The notes below the pieces were generated by a model. It did not search any database, was not told where the DNA came from, and saw nothing but the letters and a program-made list of their open reading frames with translations. A stretch of DNA of 64,000 nucleotides. Source: Phoronis australis (lineage: Eukaryota > Animalia > Phoronida). Positions 53,001 to 63,512 of this stretch are shown in pieces (within the stretch, counting starts at the first letter, position 1; each line of letters starts with the position of its first letter). The position numbers and the translations under genes are program-made. Where the stretch lies: positions 1 to 64,000 of the forward strand of contig NMRA01000868.1 in the NCBI GenBank assembly GCA_002633005.1, read 5' to 3'.

Positions 53001-56000
53001 TGTAACTACTTTCTATGTCAGAGGCCGGGGTCGGAGGTCGTGACCTTTTAAGAAAAGCCCGGTTATTTTTGTCAAATATTGCTTTTACTCAAAACCAATT
53101 GAAAACTTAAATATTATAGAAATAAATTGAATTTATAAAGTAAGGTTTACCAACTATTATAGCTTAAAACACGTTTTCTTCANNNNNNNNNNNNNNNNNN
53201 NNNNNNNNNNNNNNNNNNNNNNNNNNNNNNNNNNNNNNNNNNNNNNNNNNNNNNNNNNNNNNNNNNNNNNNNNNNNNNNNNNNNNNNNNNNNNNNNNNNN
53301 NNNNNNNNNNNNNNNNNNNNNNNNNNNNNNNNNNNNNNNNNNNNNNNNNNNNNNNNNNNNNNNNNNNNNNNNNNNNNNNNNNNNNNNNNNNNNNTTCAGT
53401 GAAATTTTTCTCTCATGTCCTCTTACTTGTAAATCACCGATCTCCAGTTTGAATGCGGGTATCGTGTCGTCAGGATCTTTGACTTGAGAATTATATTCAG
53501 TTACCAGTGGTAACCTACTTTAGCAGACGATAATTTCCCGGTCGAAGCTTAGCGTGTAAAAAACGTGTTTTAAGCTATAGTAGTTGCTTAACCTAAATTT
53601 AGAGATTCACTTCATTTCTATTTTGTTTAAATTTCTAATTGGTTTTGAGTATAAGCATTATTTGACAAAAATAGCTCGGCTTTTCTTAAAAGGTCACGAC
53701 CTCCGACCCCGGTCCTCTGACATAGAAAGTAGTTACAATGCCGAGGCGAGTCGAGAAAGGTAGATAGATTCATTGCAATGTTTCTCGTTTAGTATGTGGT
53801 ATAAATAGATTATTACATGTTCTCAGTCGTTATCCCCCTTATCTAGAGCCCTCGTGGATTTTGCAGAATTATCACCCTCGGGGCTGATGCCCCTCGGGCG
53901 ATAATTCTCCAAAATCCACTCGGGCTCTAGATAACGGGGGATAATGACTTCGCCATGTAATAATCTATATTTATGCGATATATAAAAAGAGGGTTAATCC
54001 TATTATCTGCTTACAACGGATGATGTTGACGGGGAGCTGGCGCCTCGTGAGACACTTGGCTTTACGTTCATTATTAGAAGAAGATTCAATATCTGTATAT
54101 ACTTATAATGTCCTTTGGACTACCGAACACTGAAAAAATTGCAATTTCAATTGAAGCTAATGAAAGAACATATTAGTTTAGTCAGAAACGCCGAAGGTCA
54201 ACTTTTGCCAAACTATCGGAGCTTTAAACTATCGACCGAGATCCGGTTTGAGCAAAATGACCCTGACCATTCAGTGTGTCAATTTAATGTTTTCAATTTC
54301 TCTAGAAAAGTTGCCCATTTTTACGAATACACGTCACGATTTGAATTTTTGCTACCTCAACTATTTTAGACAGGTTTGCCATCATAAGAACAATGATAAT
54401 TCTCTCAGCTTTTAAGATGTTTGAAATACGGGACTGTGCGCCACTGGTTAAATATGTTACTTCCTTCTTCTCAAACAAGGCATTTTGCTGTTGCATTAGT
54501 AAAAATCTTTCAACCTGCCCGAAAATAAATGCGTGCTTTTATTTTCTTCCACCACAACGTCTTTACGAAATTCGCATCTAAGGTGGTAGACATAACCCGT
54601 CACCATCAGAAGCTTTGTGTAGATCCTGTTGTGCGGAGTGGCGCCATATTACTGCATTAGCGATGACTACAAGGCAATAAAATTGGATCCCAATATTAGA
54701 TGGTTCCAATTTAGAATACTACACAGGATTATTGCAACAAATACCATTTAGTCGAAATCGATGTTTGGGATTCTAATTTATGTTCCTTTTGTAATAAAGC
54801 CCCAGATACGCTGTCACACCTTCTTTGGGAGTGTCGCCTTGTACAAGATTTCTGGAAGGAGTTCCAAAAGCTGCTTCAAAAGTGTCTCATTCAGCTTCCC
54901 AACTGTCTCTCTTACGAATGTGTTATTCTTGAACTTGATTTATCAGTTTGCTTCTACTAGCCAAATGGTACATTTACAAGGAGAGATGTCACAAAATATA
55001 ATTAATTTTCACAAGTTCGTTAAATATACTTATGAGTACCATAATGTTGAAAAATTAATTGCAAATACATGTATAAACTTTGTACATGTGTTTGACAGCT
55101 TCTCTGCGAAATGGGAAGATTTCACTGTTCACGTTAACTCCATGTAGAAGCCGTTTTCTTTATACGAGATACGAGAATGGTTTCTCTTGAGGTGTGCATG
55201 CGTGAATGGATTTGCTTATTTGTTTGTTTGTTTTGTGTACTTGTTTATAAATGATGGTCATAGTTGTTGAGGGTGGTGTCGTCGTTGTTGAACCATCAAC
55301 GTCAGAGTCACTGCTCGACGTGGTTGCCATGGTTATCAGGCATGTGTTATCCATATCTCGTTGCGACATGTGTCTTATTTCATCAGTGTTTGGATAAATT
55401 TGCATTATTAAATCAGTGCTATTATCAAGCTTTTTGCATTTTTAAGGACACGTGTTTGTTCAAAATGGTGTAATTTCTAAAAACACATTTGACGCTCAAT
55501 GTCGTTACTTACACTTTCATTAATCAGTGTGTGTAACATTTTATCCATGGCAATCGCTATAGAGTTAGTTTCAAATAAACACACTTCAGAGTATGCACTA
55601 AAAAAGTTCCAAACACGCAATTCGGGAACACATACGGCGTGACTTTACTTTAATTTGAAGCGATGCGTTGTTGATCCAGTCTGCAGGTTTTGAACAGTTG
55701 TCGGCATTGCAGGGCGTAAAAAGCGGGAGCCGAGGGAGGGCAAGTTCCCGCCAGTAATGTTCAGGCTTCTGAACTGAGTTGGGGAAACATACTTAGGCGG
55801 CTTGTCATAGGCAATCGATTAAACAAACTCGCCAAGAGACAAAATTCAAAAGAACATTTCCCAACCTCCAGTGCTTCATCTACCATTTAAGCGCCCTGAG
55901 CATGGAATAAGAAAGCCATCTGTCGGTCTTCCCTTTTTTTCTCAAAATTTGATGATGTTGTTGAAAATGCTAAATCCTTCTATGGACCCAGGCATTGAAG

Positions 56001-59000
56001 GGACCGTATTAATGAAGTCACTCTTTGTGTGCGTTTTTCTTGAGGACTTCGTTTTGGTTAAATCGTACAGCCTTTCAAGTATGCTAAGTACATGTACAGA
56101 CCCTTCGTGGAGGTTAACACGAAGATAAAACTGACAATCACTCTTAACCCAACCATTTGCCAGCTGCGGAATGGATGGGCACGCCTATTGTTTTTTTCAC
56201 CCTTTCGCTGTTTATTTTTTTTCTTGATATACCGTCTAAACATGTATAATAAGTATAGCGTGGAAAAACACATTTTCAATAATCCCTAGTGTATTTTCTT
56301 CCCCATAATGCATAATTTTAGTAGTTGGCTTGGACTGTTATACATATGAGTGACAATGAATCAGCTTTTCGATTAGTCTGAATTCCTGAACGGTGTTGTT
56401 GGACACCTATGCGTATGTAAAATTTGCAACAGTTGCATTTTATACATAATAGCACCTCACATAAAATGCAGTTTTGAACCAGACAACCCAGAAAAAAAAC
56501 ATTACGAATGGGAAATATAGTTCATTCTGTTGTACTCTTCCTGACACGTGATCGCGATTTCTTTTCGTTGTGCCTGTAGGAGTTGGGGCCACTGTGCCGT
56601 TCCCCCTTATTTCTGGTGACTAAGCCTTATGAAACACTGTTGCCCGTTTGTGAAGCCCTAAACGGGAAAAACGCCATGGTTAAATACTCCTTATACGTAC
56701 ATCTACATGTATACTGTTTTGTGGTTACAGATTCCTGTGCTCCGTTGCATGAAAGAGTTTCAAATAGGCACTCGAAGAGGTTGCATAAATGTCAGTCAAC
56801 ACCGATTGTCCAGTCTTGTGCTGTTTGAGTCTCGTTACCGTGTCGATTTTTGAGTTTCATAAAAATAGAGAGTGAACTCTACGTTGAATTCTGAATATTA
56901 TTATTGAAACATATTTGGACCTTTGCTTGCAATGCCCCTAATTTAAGGACTAGGACCCTAAATTTTTTACTGAATTAAGCATTAGCCAAAGATGAGCTCA
57001 CAAACAAACATAGCATGATAGAGAGTATTACATTTGTGCCTTAAGAACGAGAAAATGCGAAAAGGATTTACGAAACTTGCTTGAGCTCTTATTCGGGACT
57101 GTTTCATCCAACAGGACACTAGGCATCAGTAAGTTCGCACTTGATAATAACTTGACAATAATTGTGTCTGTATAACAAGGGTGCTCACCGCGCCTTTTTG
57201 TAATCCACACCAGATTCTGCACATTGCATGGTCCGGAATACCATCGTAGATGAGAGGTTTCACATTCGATTGATAGTTGTAACAGCCTTGTTTAAACGTA
57301 TCGCCAATAAAGCTTCGTTCAAACGCATTCGGAGGTAGGGAACACTGCATACCTGGATTATAAAACTAGTATATTCTGTTCTGTTCACTTTTCGTGCACA
57401 TGAATCACCAATCCAAAATCAAATAATGTTTTCAATAAAAAGACCATCTTAAAATTGGAGTTGATCATGGCACCGGTCAATAAATAATTGCGCTCACCCA
57501 TCCACGGGGAAAAGCGTGGCATTAATAAAATTTGAATTTGACTCTACATGTGGGGCGTGCATAGAATCTCAAAAATGCTGTTATTAGGAAACGAGGACGG
57601 CAGAAGTATCTTGAATTTGGATCGCATTTTAATGGGCAACTTTCGATGCAAATGATAACGCGCGTCTTTATCCTCCTATCGTACCACAGGCCAAGACCTT
57701 ATGTTGTCAGCAATGCATTTTTCAATCAAGCGGGAAAACCGGTGTCGCCGTCCGCGCTGTGTTGTACACAGCAATTATCGCAACTGCGGTGTAAAACGTG
57801 GCAATAGCAAAATTATAAATTGACTCTAACGTGTCCAGAGAATGCCTGAAATGTTATCATTAGGAAACCGAGTCGTTCAGAGGTATCTTGCACAAGTACT
57901 TGGACCATGAATTTCTCAATTAACCGAGAAAACCCTTCAAATCACGAAAGTTGATTTTAAGCTCCTATTTCGTTGTACTGACCAGTCGTTGCGTAAGCGA
58001 TGTCTTCACGGCAATAAACTATTGGCTGAAATTTCTTGAAATGCTAAGGACAGGAACTGATGCTAATTTCTTTTTGCGTTTGACTTCTGAATTTGAACTT
58101 CTCGTAAACAGAAAAATTACGATACAAATTGCCAAAACTCAGAGATGTGATATTATTTGATGGCATCAGTTATTATTTGATTTGTGTATGCCCTTAAGTG
58201 TTTATTCAGCGTGGTAGACATTTTGCGTTTCTGTCTTGAAATTTCGGACAAAAGAATGAGCCTGGCGATTATCAAAAGAACAATTTATATCAGGACTCTG
58301 AAAACCGGTGTCGTGTGGCGCTACGGACTATACGGGTGTTAGTTGTAATGTTCCCAACAAGGAACACACTTACTAAGACGGTAAACAATCATTCTCAGTC
58401 ATCATCTTTTCCTGCACGTTGCCTCCGCATTCTTTTGTTAGTTTGCAATCGCGATCATCCACGTGACACTTCGTACAGTATTGTGAATTTCCCGTTTGAC
58501 CGAGGTTAGTATGGCTATCAAATCAACTCTAAATTCATTACTTTATATTCGTTTTGTCGTTTTTGTTGATAAAGCGAGAATCTGGAGGAAAGGTTCCAGA
58601 TAACAAGCAACTTTGTGATAAATTTAGTCACCATGGCGGACAATAGGTGGCCGTTTCACATGCACAATAATTAGAGCAAATAGTGGTTTTGAATGATTTG
58701 GTGGACAGAAATTCAATTAATACACATTAACAAATTAGTTATTAAAGCAAAGGAAATAGTTCCACTGTCAATCCCTCCGAGTTTTTAATTGTTTTAGTTC
58801 AATAATTTACATGACCTACATGTATTTGACATCGGATTGAATCGACATTTCCCGTTATGAGCTGCAGCCATTGGCTTTGTTGAGGATACATGTACATATT
58901 TGCAGTGGGAAAAACATGGACAGGACGTCATTGCTCGTTAATATGTATGTCAAAAGGTTTTCTTCTTCGTAATGGGTAAGTCCATATTCGATTGTAGACT

Positions 59001-62000
59001 GTGTTTCCGGCTAAAATAAAATTCCCTGGCCACTTACAAAATGCCAACTGAGTCTCATAGGCAACACGATACTTAGTTGTGCAAGAATTATCGAAATCGG
59101 ATCGTGTTTGAGAAATTTATGCATTTTGGTCTCTGAATTTCATGAACTTTAACGTTACTAGAAGCCATTTTAAAAAAATCCCATGTGTCAACCGTACTAA
59201 TTAAGCAATCGTTTGGATATGACTAGCAATAATTAAATACCCATTCATAATCACTAAGGTTGAGTTTGGTTATTCAGTGAAAACTGGTAGGGTTCATCTT
59301 AAAACAGAAATTTTTTGCGAAATTTGTAAATTCTGTGTTTCTAACCCTTTACTACTGTAATAAAGGTTTAATAGTAAAAAGAACTGCAGAACATGTTAAT
59401 CTGGGGAACAAATAAAATTACTGTATTTAGTATCTAAACAAACCAAGAGTTTGGATATTTACTGGGTGCTGATGTGTAGAAAACGGGCCAAAAGCTAATA
59501 AAATGTAATGCACGTACCCCGAAAGGAAATTTACTTGTACAAATGGCCATTGCAACTGCAATTATTTGCTACCTTTTGATTAGCAACTTGATGCTTATGA
59601 TGAAAAATAAATGTCCATAGAGCGTAACGTTAACAAGTGATGCGCTGAAGAAATAGTGATGAAGTACATGTATACGTACCGCTTTTTGTACTGTGCTTAC
59701 ACAAGGTGTTACCAACCACCATGGTAGTTGAGCATCACTGGTCACAGACAGTTTCCTCCCTTACATATATTACGTTAAAAAGGTGATTCTTTGTACAAAT
59801 ACTTTAGTTTTAGTGAAATTTTAGCATTTGTGTAGTGTCTACTTGTTTACTGTTTATAAGTTTAACACTGGACCTAGCAATGATTCAGCTATGTTGATTA
59901 ACAGGTGAATATATTGAAAACTAGGATAATAGCACCAACAAAGATTTGTAAAAATATTTACTTGCAGTTTTGTTTTTCTAAGAGTCATATTACAAAGGAA
60001 AAGGTCCTCATCATACTGTGTTGTGTTAAGGTATGTAATGCATCATCATCTAGAACAACTTTGTCCACACGCTAATGGTTTTTCATAATTTTGCTATCTC
60101 AAAATTCTTCAATTAAATCAAGAAATTAATAAATTAATAGCTATTTTTTGATTTTTTGCTTGTTAGAATTTGGTTGTTTCCACAAGTTGTATTTTACGTA
60201 CCTTTTGACCTCTTATACAACTGTAGTGTATCAAGTCATAAAAGTTTATTCGGTGGTCCTGGTACAAAATTATTTTAGATTACAATTCTGGAATTGCGGG
60301 ACTCCAAAATGCCCCAGCTTTTATAGTTATATGAAACCCATCGTTTTTCACTAAATGTGGCCAACGAATATGGACCTTGATTGTGGTTTACTCATAAGGC
60401 ATTGGTGCACCCCACCTCTCAACAATGGAAATTTGCCGGCATCGTGATAAAAGGAATGACGTTAAAACGCTGTTGATAGCAGTAGGTTGAAGACTCGTGT
60501 CTCCATAACATGGGCTCTGTAGTTGAAGCTGAACGTGTATCCAGCAACGACCTGATCGCTGTCTAGCGATTTAGTGGATTTCATTACGTCACTTAGCCCA
60601 TTCTTTTTACGCACCGACCTGTGGTTCTGGTTGCATGTAAGTAATCATCTTAACATTAATATGTTTTTAGCTCTAGTCTCAGAGCGTCTTTCGACAACCA
60701 CTAAATACATATTTTCCCAAATACATACTGCCATTTCCTATCAAAAAATCATGTTATCTTGGAATGTCCGAACAAAACCAAAAGCACACGGATTGGCTCT
60801 GCTGTTCCGTATTCCAGTAAAGTAAAGTGACGTATGCATTAGCCGTACTTCCATACATACGGGGTAAAACTACATTTTTTGGTATTAAAGTAACGTTACA
60901 TTATTTTTTTGGAAAAAGAGTCATTTGGTTTCCATGTATTTTTTGGAATTAACAATGAAAATCTAAGATTCTTAATCATAACAAGTGTGTATACGTAACT
61001 TTCGAAAAACTTATTCGTGCATTGATTTGCGTAACTACGTGAAAGTGTATTTGTGTGTGTGTGTGCATGTATATGTTATTGCTGTTTTCAACTGCTCCTA
61101 TACTTTATTTATGCAACGTTTACATGTTGTCAAGATCTTTATTTTTCAAATTCTACTGCTGAGCAGTAATTGCACATGTACTGTATAACTACATGTATGC
61201 CCGTGAAATAAAATACAAGAGGAAAAGTTTCATTTGTAAAGGGAGGCAATCCAATACACTTTATTGCTGGAACACGCGCAGAGTACTGTTGTTCCTGGGT
61301 TTTCTTCAATTTTATTCTTATTCTTATTCTTATTACTCTGCGCGTGTAAGCGCAGAGTACTGTTGTTCCTGGGTTTTCTTCAATTTTATTCTTATTCTTA
61401 TTCTTATTCTTCTTATTCTTCTTCTTATTCTTCTTCCGACCAACTTTGAGGCTTAATAACTCCGAATTGGGTGCAGGTACGGTCTTTAAATTCAGCATAT
61501 GCATTTTGACAGTATATAAATTTTGATTGGTTATATAATTATATTCCATATTGCACCGGAAGAGGTCGTTTGGTGCAAAGGTCATATAATTTTCAAAATG
61601 CTACTCCTCCTTCAGTTTTGAAGCTATCTTTTTTAAATTCGGTGCACAGGTATAAGTCAACATGACAATTTAAAAAGTTACTTTTCTAAGTAATCAGGTC
61701 ATCCAATCAAGTGAAATAGGTCAAAGGTCATTAGGTGCAAACTAAAATTTTGAGCTAGACACTTCAAGTTGACAGGTCTGATTGCCACAGGTAAATCAAA
61801 GCAGAATCCAAAGTTTCAGGTCATTTAGTGCAAATATGGGGTCATTAGGTGCATTTTCCTTCTGAAAATTTGACCTTTTCAATTAGCAAGTTTTCTGATG
61901 TGTTAACCGTTAGACAACTGTGATACTCAGCGTATAACACATTTTCCATGGGCTTTGCAATAATTCTCTTAAAGGTGCTTAAAATGCACCGGATAAGGTC

Positions 62001-63512
62001 AATTAGTGCAAAGGTCATGTAATGTTCAAAATGTTATATCTCTTACATTTTTCAAGGAATTCTTTTCAATTTCAGCACACTAGTGTATGTAAACATAACA
62101 ATTGAACAACCTACTTAACTACGCAATAGACCTAACCAATCAGAAAAAATAGGTCAAAGGTCATTGAGTGCAAAATTAAAATTTTGAGCTAGAGACTTCA
62201 AAATTACATATTTGTTTATTAAACGCGATTGAGTTTGAATTCTAAATTTTTGGGTCATTTGGTGCATCCATGGGGTCATTAGGTGCATTTTTCTTCTGAA
62301 AGTTTGACCAATTAAGTCATGTTGTATTCTTAAGTGCTTAAAGCAAAACACCTGTGATTTTTAGCATTAACTATACTTTAAATTGGTTGTTCAATTATTC
62401 CCTCACTGTGGTTCATAATGCACCTGAAGAGGTCAGTTAGTGGAAAGGTCATCAAAACTTTAACATGAAATTACTCCTACAATTTTAAAGAATTTCTTTT
62501 CATATTGGTAAACGGGGTTGCTGTCAGTAACATCCCATAACAATTCCTTTAATACGCACGCGCAGAGTCCATTATTGTCACGCCGTGACAATAATCTTTC
62601 TAGTCTTTTATTTGCCAGTGGTTCCACTCTTGCCAGACTGTGAACTTTCCCCGCGATACCAACATCACAACTTTCCGTTCTTCGATTTACGGTAAAATTC
62701 ACATTGTTCCTCTTCTACATGACAGAGCACTATTTCGCCATTGATTAAAAACAGAATTTTTCAGGGGATTTTGCAACACCGCAACTTCACGCCGTCGAGT
62801 GGTTTTGGATGTTTCCTCTCCTGTTCACCAAACACGGTATCCGGACGTTTTTGTATGCTGTGGCAAAGACTTAACTCTTACGGTGAAATAGGTTGGAATG
62901 ATATTTTCCGTGACAGCAGCTCTACATGTAATTTATTTGTTTTAACTAAACAAGCATTCCAACCTAGAAACCTTATATTCCATACCAAGATGCAATGCCG
63001 GAATAAGCCACTTCAAAAAATCCACGCATGCGCAGGTCATCCTCAGCATTGCGAGATCGAAATTGTCATTCCAGCTTTAATGAGGGTCTTGGCGTTTTGA
63101 AATTAAATACGTTTTTCTTTCAACCATGGGTATTTTGGGTTTGAAGCTCCCCATAGTACACTCTTACTGTTGACGGAATGTAATGTGAAGACACCGGTGA
63201 TGTTAGAGGAAGGTGTAAGAGCAGGAGTGTGTGAACTAGAGTAATAGGCGGCATGGAAATTATGATAGATGTAAGGGTCAGGAGGGAACTTGGTAGAAAA
63301 CTCGAAAGGGAGCCGAGGAATGGAATAAATGGACGACGAGTAAAATAAAACGCTCATCAATAAGGGTAGTTTTGGTCGTCTTCTGCGCCGTATCAGGTCA
63401 TTGTAATCCGATACTCACGGTTTCCCATTATTACGAACACTGTCAGCTGTAGATAAAGCTTAAGGTTGTACGCAACCACCTCTGGTACAATGGACAAGAA
63501 CTGCGGGTTCAT
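10909..63512 (-). CDS. Spliced host gene (8 coding exons, 563 aa): secreted, probably GPI-anchored WSC-WSC-Kringle-Kringle-Kringle protein
   Basis: Exons 63419-63512, 57189-57352, 50258-50426, 48282-48569, 38956-39270, 24333-24605, 15094-15378 and 10909-11012 join via GT-AG with intron phases 1,0,1,1,1,1,1 into 1692 nt with no internal stop. Each WSC keeps 8 Cys and each kringle keeps 6 Cys. Confidence 0.8.
11843..12314 (+). repeat. 5' LTR of the BEL/Pao element
   Basis: TG...CA ends, internal aataaa, aligns end to end with 34482-34973; followed by TAGTGCCGAGTGACC, a degenerate TGGTGCCGTGACC (tRNA-His-type) PBS. Confidence 0.8.
11843..14632 (+). mobile_element. BEL/Pao LTR retrotransposon, 3'-truncated and degenerate
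   Basis: 5' LTR, PBS, gag (LSVFSGD..W.EFY.SF, KLQYLR, CCHC knuckles), protease (ILLKTA...FDDGCQRTF) and start of RT (LPWK.DH..LPTNY, LNDCLETG.PLLNDL). Confidence 0.85.
15094..15378 (-). CDS. Coding exon 7: kringle 3
   Basis: Acceptor TTTCCCTTGCAG|TG, GLDYNG...CRVW...LCRNPDHWEGGPWCY...CDIKMC, donor T|GTAAGT; 285 bp, phase 1-1. Confidence 0.9.
15720..16560 (-). mobile_element. PIF/Harbinger transposase (HARBI1-like DDE) remnant
   Basis: GCMDGTHIPIQAP, PGSTHGARIF (from WPGSTHDARIF), CLGDSSYPCR, LRSHATG; frameshifted. Confidence 0.8.
17471..17620 (+). repeat. Short dispersed repeat, second copy at ~47775-47900
   Basis: Shared gagccatg...cccagattccattt.gcagtt.ggggg..tgaatatc.gacgg...aaa.cctg.ctaat. 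Confidence 0.6.
18070..18300 (+). mobile_element. Possible piggyBac-type Cys-rich C-terminal remnant
   Basis: RRRSHPVC...SRCSSCDSPLY..C...H resembles the piggyBac C-terminal zinc-binding motif; no DDD core seen. Confidence 0.3.
18560..20520 (+). mobile_element. Two adjacent degenerate LINE RT fragments
   Basis: AGFRK, IDQIFTL, DFSRAFD, RQGCMLSP in the first; DPNNYRG, QGCLLS, LLYADDM in the second. Confidence 0.8.
24333..24605 (-). CDS. Coding exon 6: kringle 2
   Basis: Acceptor GTGTTGCAG|AA, GRDYIG...CMSW...LCRNTDYSPNGPWCY...WDYCGIEEC, donor G|GTAAGT; 273 bp, phase 1-1. Confidence 0.9.
25680..26980 (-). mobile_element. Highly decayed DNA-transposase remnant (Mutator-like, tentative)
   Basis: Scattered in-order peptides CDG, PATQ, NN*LKRSP, FRL, LC...GS, RRKQLF recall invertebrate Mutator-like transposases; no long ORF. 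Confidence 0.3.
28428..29098. mobile_element. 671-bp foldback MITE, P-element-like
   Basis: CACAGG...CCTGTG termini, ~310-bp inverted arms, perfect 8-bp TSD GGCGAACC at 28420-28427 and 29099-29106. Confidence 0.9.
29612..31526. mobile_element. Possible non-autonomous Kolobok-type element
   Basis: TTAA-flanked degenerate ends (agagacctgagcgt / acgtcaggaacct) and an inverted subterminal motif acgtcactgaggctg (~29764) / cagcctcaatgacgt (~31359). Confidence 0.35.
34482..34973 (+). repeat. Solo LTR of the BEL/Pao family found at 11843
   Basis: Colinear match to 11843-12314 (tgtcatgaattctcataaa...cagctgtccagactccatt...cattgctga); no adjacent PBS or PPT; TSD not recognisable. Confidence 0.85.
36738..36785 (-). 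ncRNA. Minimal type-I hammerhead ribozyme (Penelope-associated)
   Basis: GACUU-CUGAGGA-U-GGUGUU(uaauaaau)GACACC-GAAAC-AUGUC-AAGUU: intact core, 6-bp stem II, palindromic ACAUGU stem III, GUC cleavage triplet, 5-bp stem I. Confidence 0.75.
36738..37218 (-). mobile_element. Penelope-like element fragment (GIY-YIG endonuclease) bounded by inverted pLTR pieces
   Basis: VIYKFICAGCGSSYIGESVCHLKTRTKEH; ~54-bp inverted repeats at 36738-36791 and 37165-37218. Confidence 0.85.
38174..38284 (-). pseudogene. THAP-domain first-exon remnant of the P-like transposase
   Basis: MAAAVPKKRIRGTFCAA /frameshift/ NSQLKNRDLHFFRFPTD*DR, then donor AG|GTGAGA. Confidence 0.6.
38956..39270 (-). CDS. Coding exon 5: kringle 1
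   Basis: Acceptor CTTCAATGCTTCAG|TC, C..GLTYRG...CLQW...YCRNIDNDENGPWCF...CHIPIC, donor G|GTAATG; 315 bp, phase 1-1. Confidence 0.9.
41153..41208. repeat. 56-bp hairpin insertion in the Gypsy RT
   Basis: ccttacaaaaatgaacttaagtttt / aaaacttaagttcatttttgtaagg, a perfect 25-bp stem. Confidence 0.85.
41994..43532. mobile_element. Kolobok-type DNA transposon (inner copy, same family)
   Basis: (TTAA)AGGAGCATGCCGCCC ... GAGTGGCATTATCCT(TTAT); its halves align to 41282-41800 and 43850-44972. Confidence 0.75.
43117..43386 (-). pseudogene. THAP-domain remnant (inner Kolobok)
   Basis: FLLPRESEMLRKWL...KHLRVCG resembles THAP F.FP....R.KW...RVC..H. Confidence 0.7.
44513..44809 (-). pseudogene. THAP-domain remnant (outer Kolobok)
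   Basis: CVASVP...VSFFRLPREPEMLRK...HLRVYGRHLVDSDF. Confidence 0.75.
46581..47047. mobile_element. MITE with ~65-bp TIRs, each containing an internal hairpin
   Basis: gccttgtccccaagcctcaag...tgaggcttgg versus ccaagcctca...cttgaggcttggggacgaggc. Confidence 0.7.
48282..48569 (-). CDS. Coding exon 4: WSC domain 2
   Basis: Acceptor TCTTGCTACAG|AA, NCFDG...TPQKCREACSKMEYPFAAVWGMTNCWC...CSLPCPGNPSAKCGG, donor G|GTTAGT; 288 bp, phase 1-1. Confidence 0.9.
50258..50426 (-). CDS. Coding exon 3: C-terminal half of WSC domain 1
   Basis: Acceptor TTTCCAATTGCAG|CAC (phase 0), HVAGLRVGALCSC...CNFKC...SCGG matching the WSC AG..G..CxC...C...C....CGG pattern, donor G|GTAAGG. Confidence 0.85.
51555..51668 (+). 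repeat. Degenerate (CGACCC[A/T])n minisatellite
   Basis: Repeated cgaccc / caaccc ~7-mers. Confidence 0.7.
52768..53970. mobile_element. 1.2-kb non-autonomous foldback element, ~410-bp TIRs each starting with a ~165-bp palindrome (Crypton-like, tentative)
   Basis: 52768-53182 is the reverse complement of ~53555-53970; terminal palindromes at 52770-52933 and 53803-53968; (TA)-rich boundaries; centre partly in an N gap. Confidence 0.8.
53183..53394. other. Assembly gap (N run)
   Basis: Run of N. Confidence 1.
54300..55150 (+). mobile_element. L1/Tx1-type LINE 3' fragment
   Basis: DSNLCSFCNKAPDTLSHLLWECRLVQDFW at ~54769-54856 matches the zf-RVT motif. Confidence 0.7.
57189..57352 (-). CDS. 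Coding exon 2: N-terminal half of WSC domain 1
   Basis: Acceptor TTTTATAATCCAG|GT, peptide QGCYNY...HAMCRIWCGLQKGA, phase-0 donor GCG|GTGAGC. Confidence 0.8.
61331..62604 (+). mobile_element. Non-autonomous Helentron (HINE/DINE-1-like) carrying a ~433-bp tandem repeat
   Basis: 5' subTIR actctgcgcg with a partial IR, (TTATTC)n microsatellite, repeat units starting at ~61553, ~61986 and ~62421, 3' subTIR cgcgcagagt, stem-loop attattgtcacg/cgtgacaataat (62571-62595), CTAGT end. Confidence 0.75.
63419..63512 (-). CDS. Coding exon 1: signal peptide (MNPQFLSIVPEVVAYNLKLYLQLTVFVIMGN)
   Basis: GCAAAATG start context with in-frame stops upstream, hydrophobic stretch LYLQLTVFVIM, and phase-1 donor C|GTGAGT joining exon 2 as ...GN-R-MQC/SLPP. 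Confidence 0.65.

Noticed and set aside
59680-59722. Alternative first exon MVVGNTLCKHSTKS with ACCATGG context and phase-1 donor G|GTACGT (minus strand)
   Set aside because: It has no hydrophobic signal peptide. The 63419-63512 exon has a better donor and supplies the signal that a disulfide-rich protein needs.
61139-61585. 148-aa Lys/Asn-rich ORF
   Set aside because: Translation of the (TTATTC)n microsatellite.
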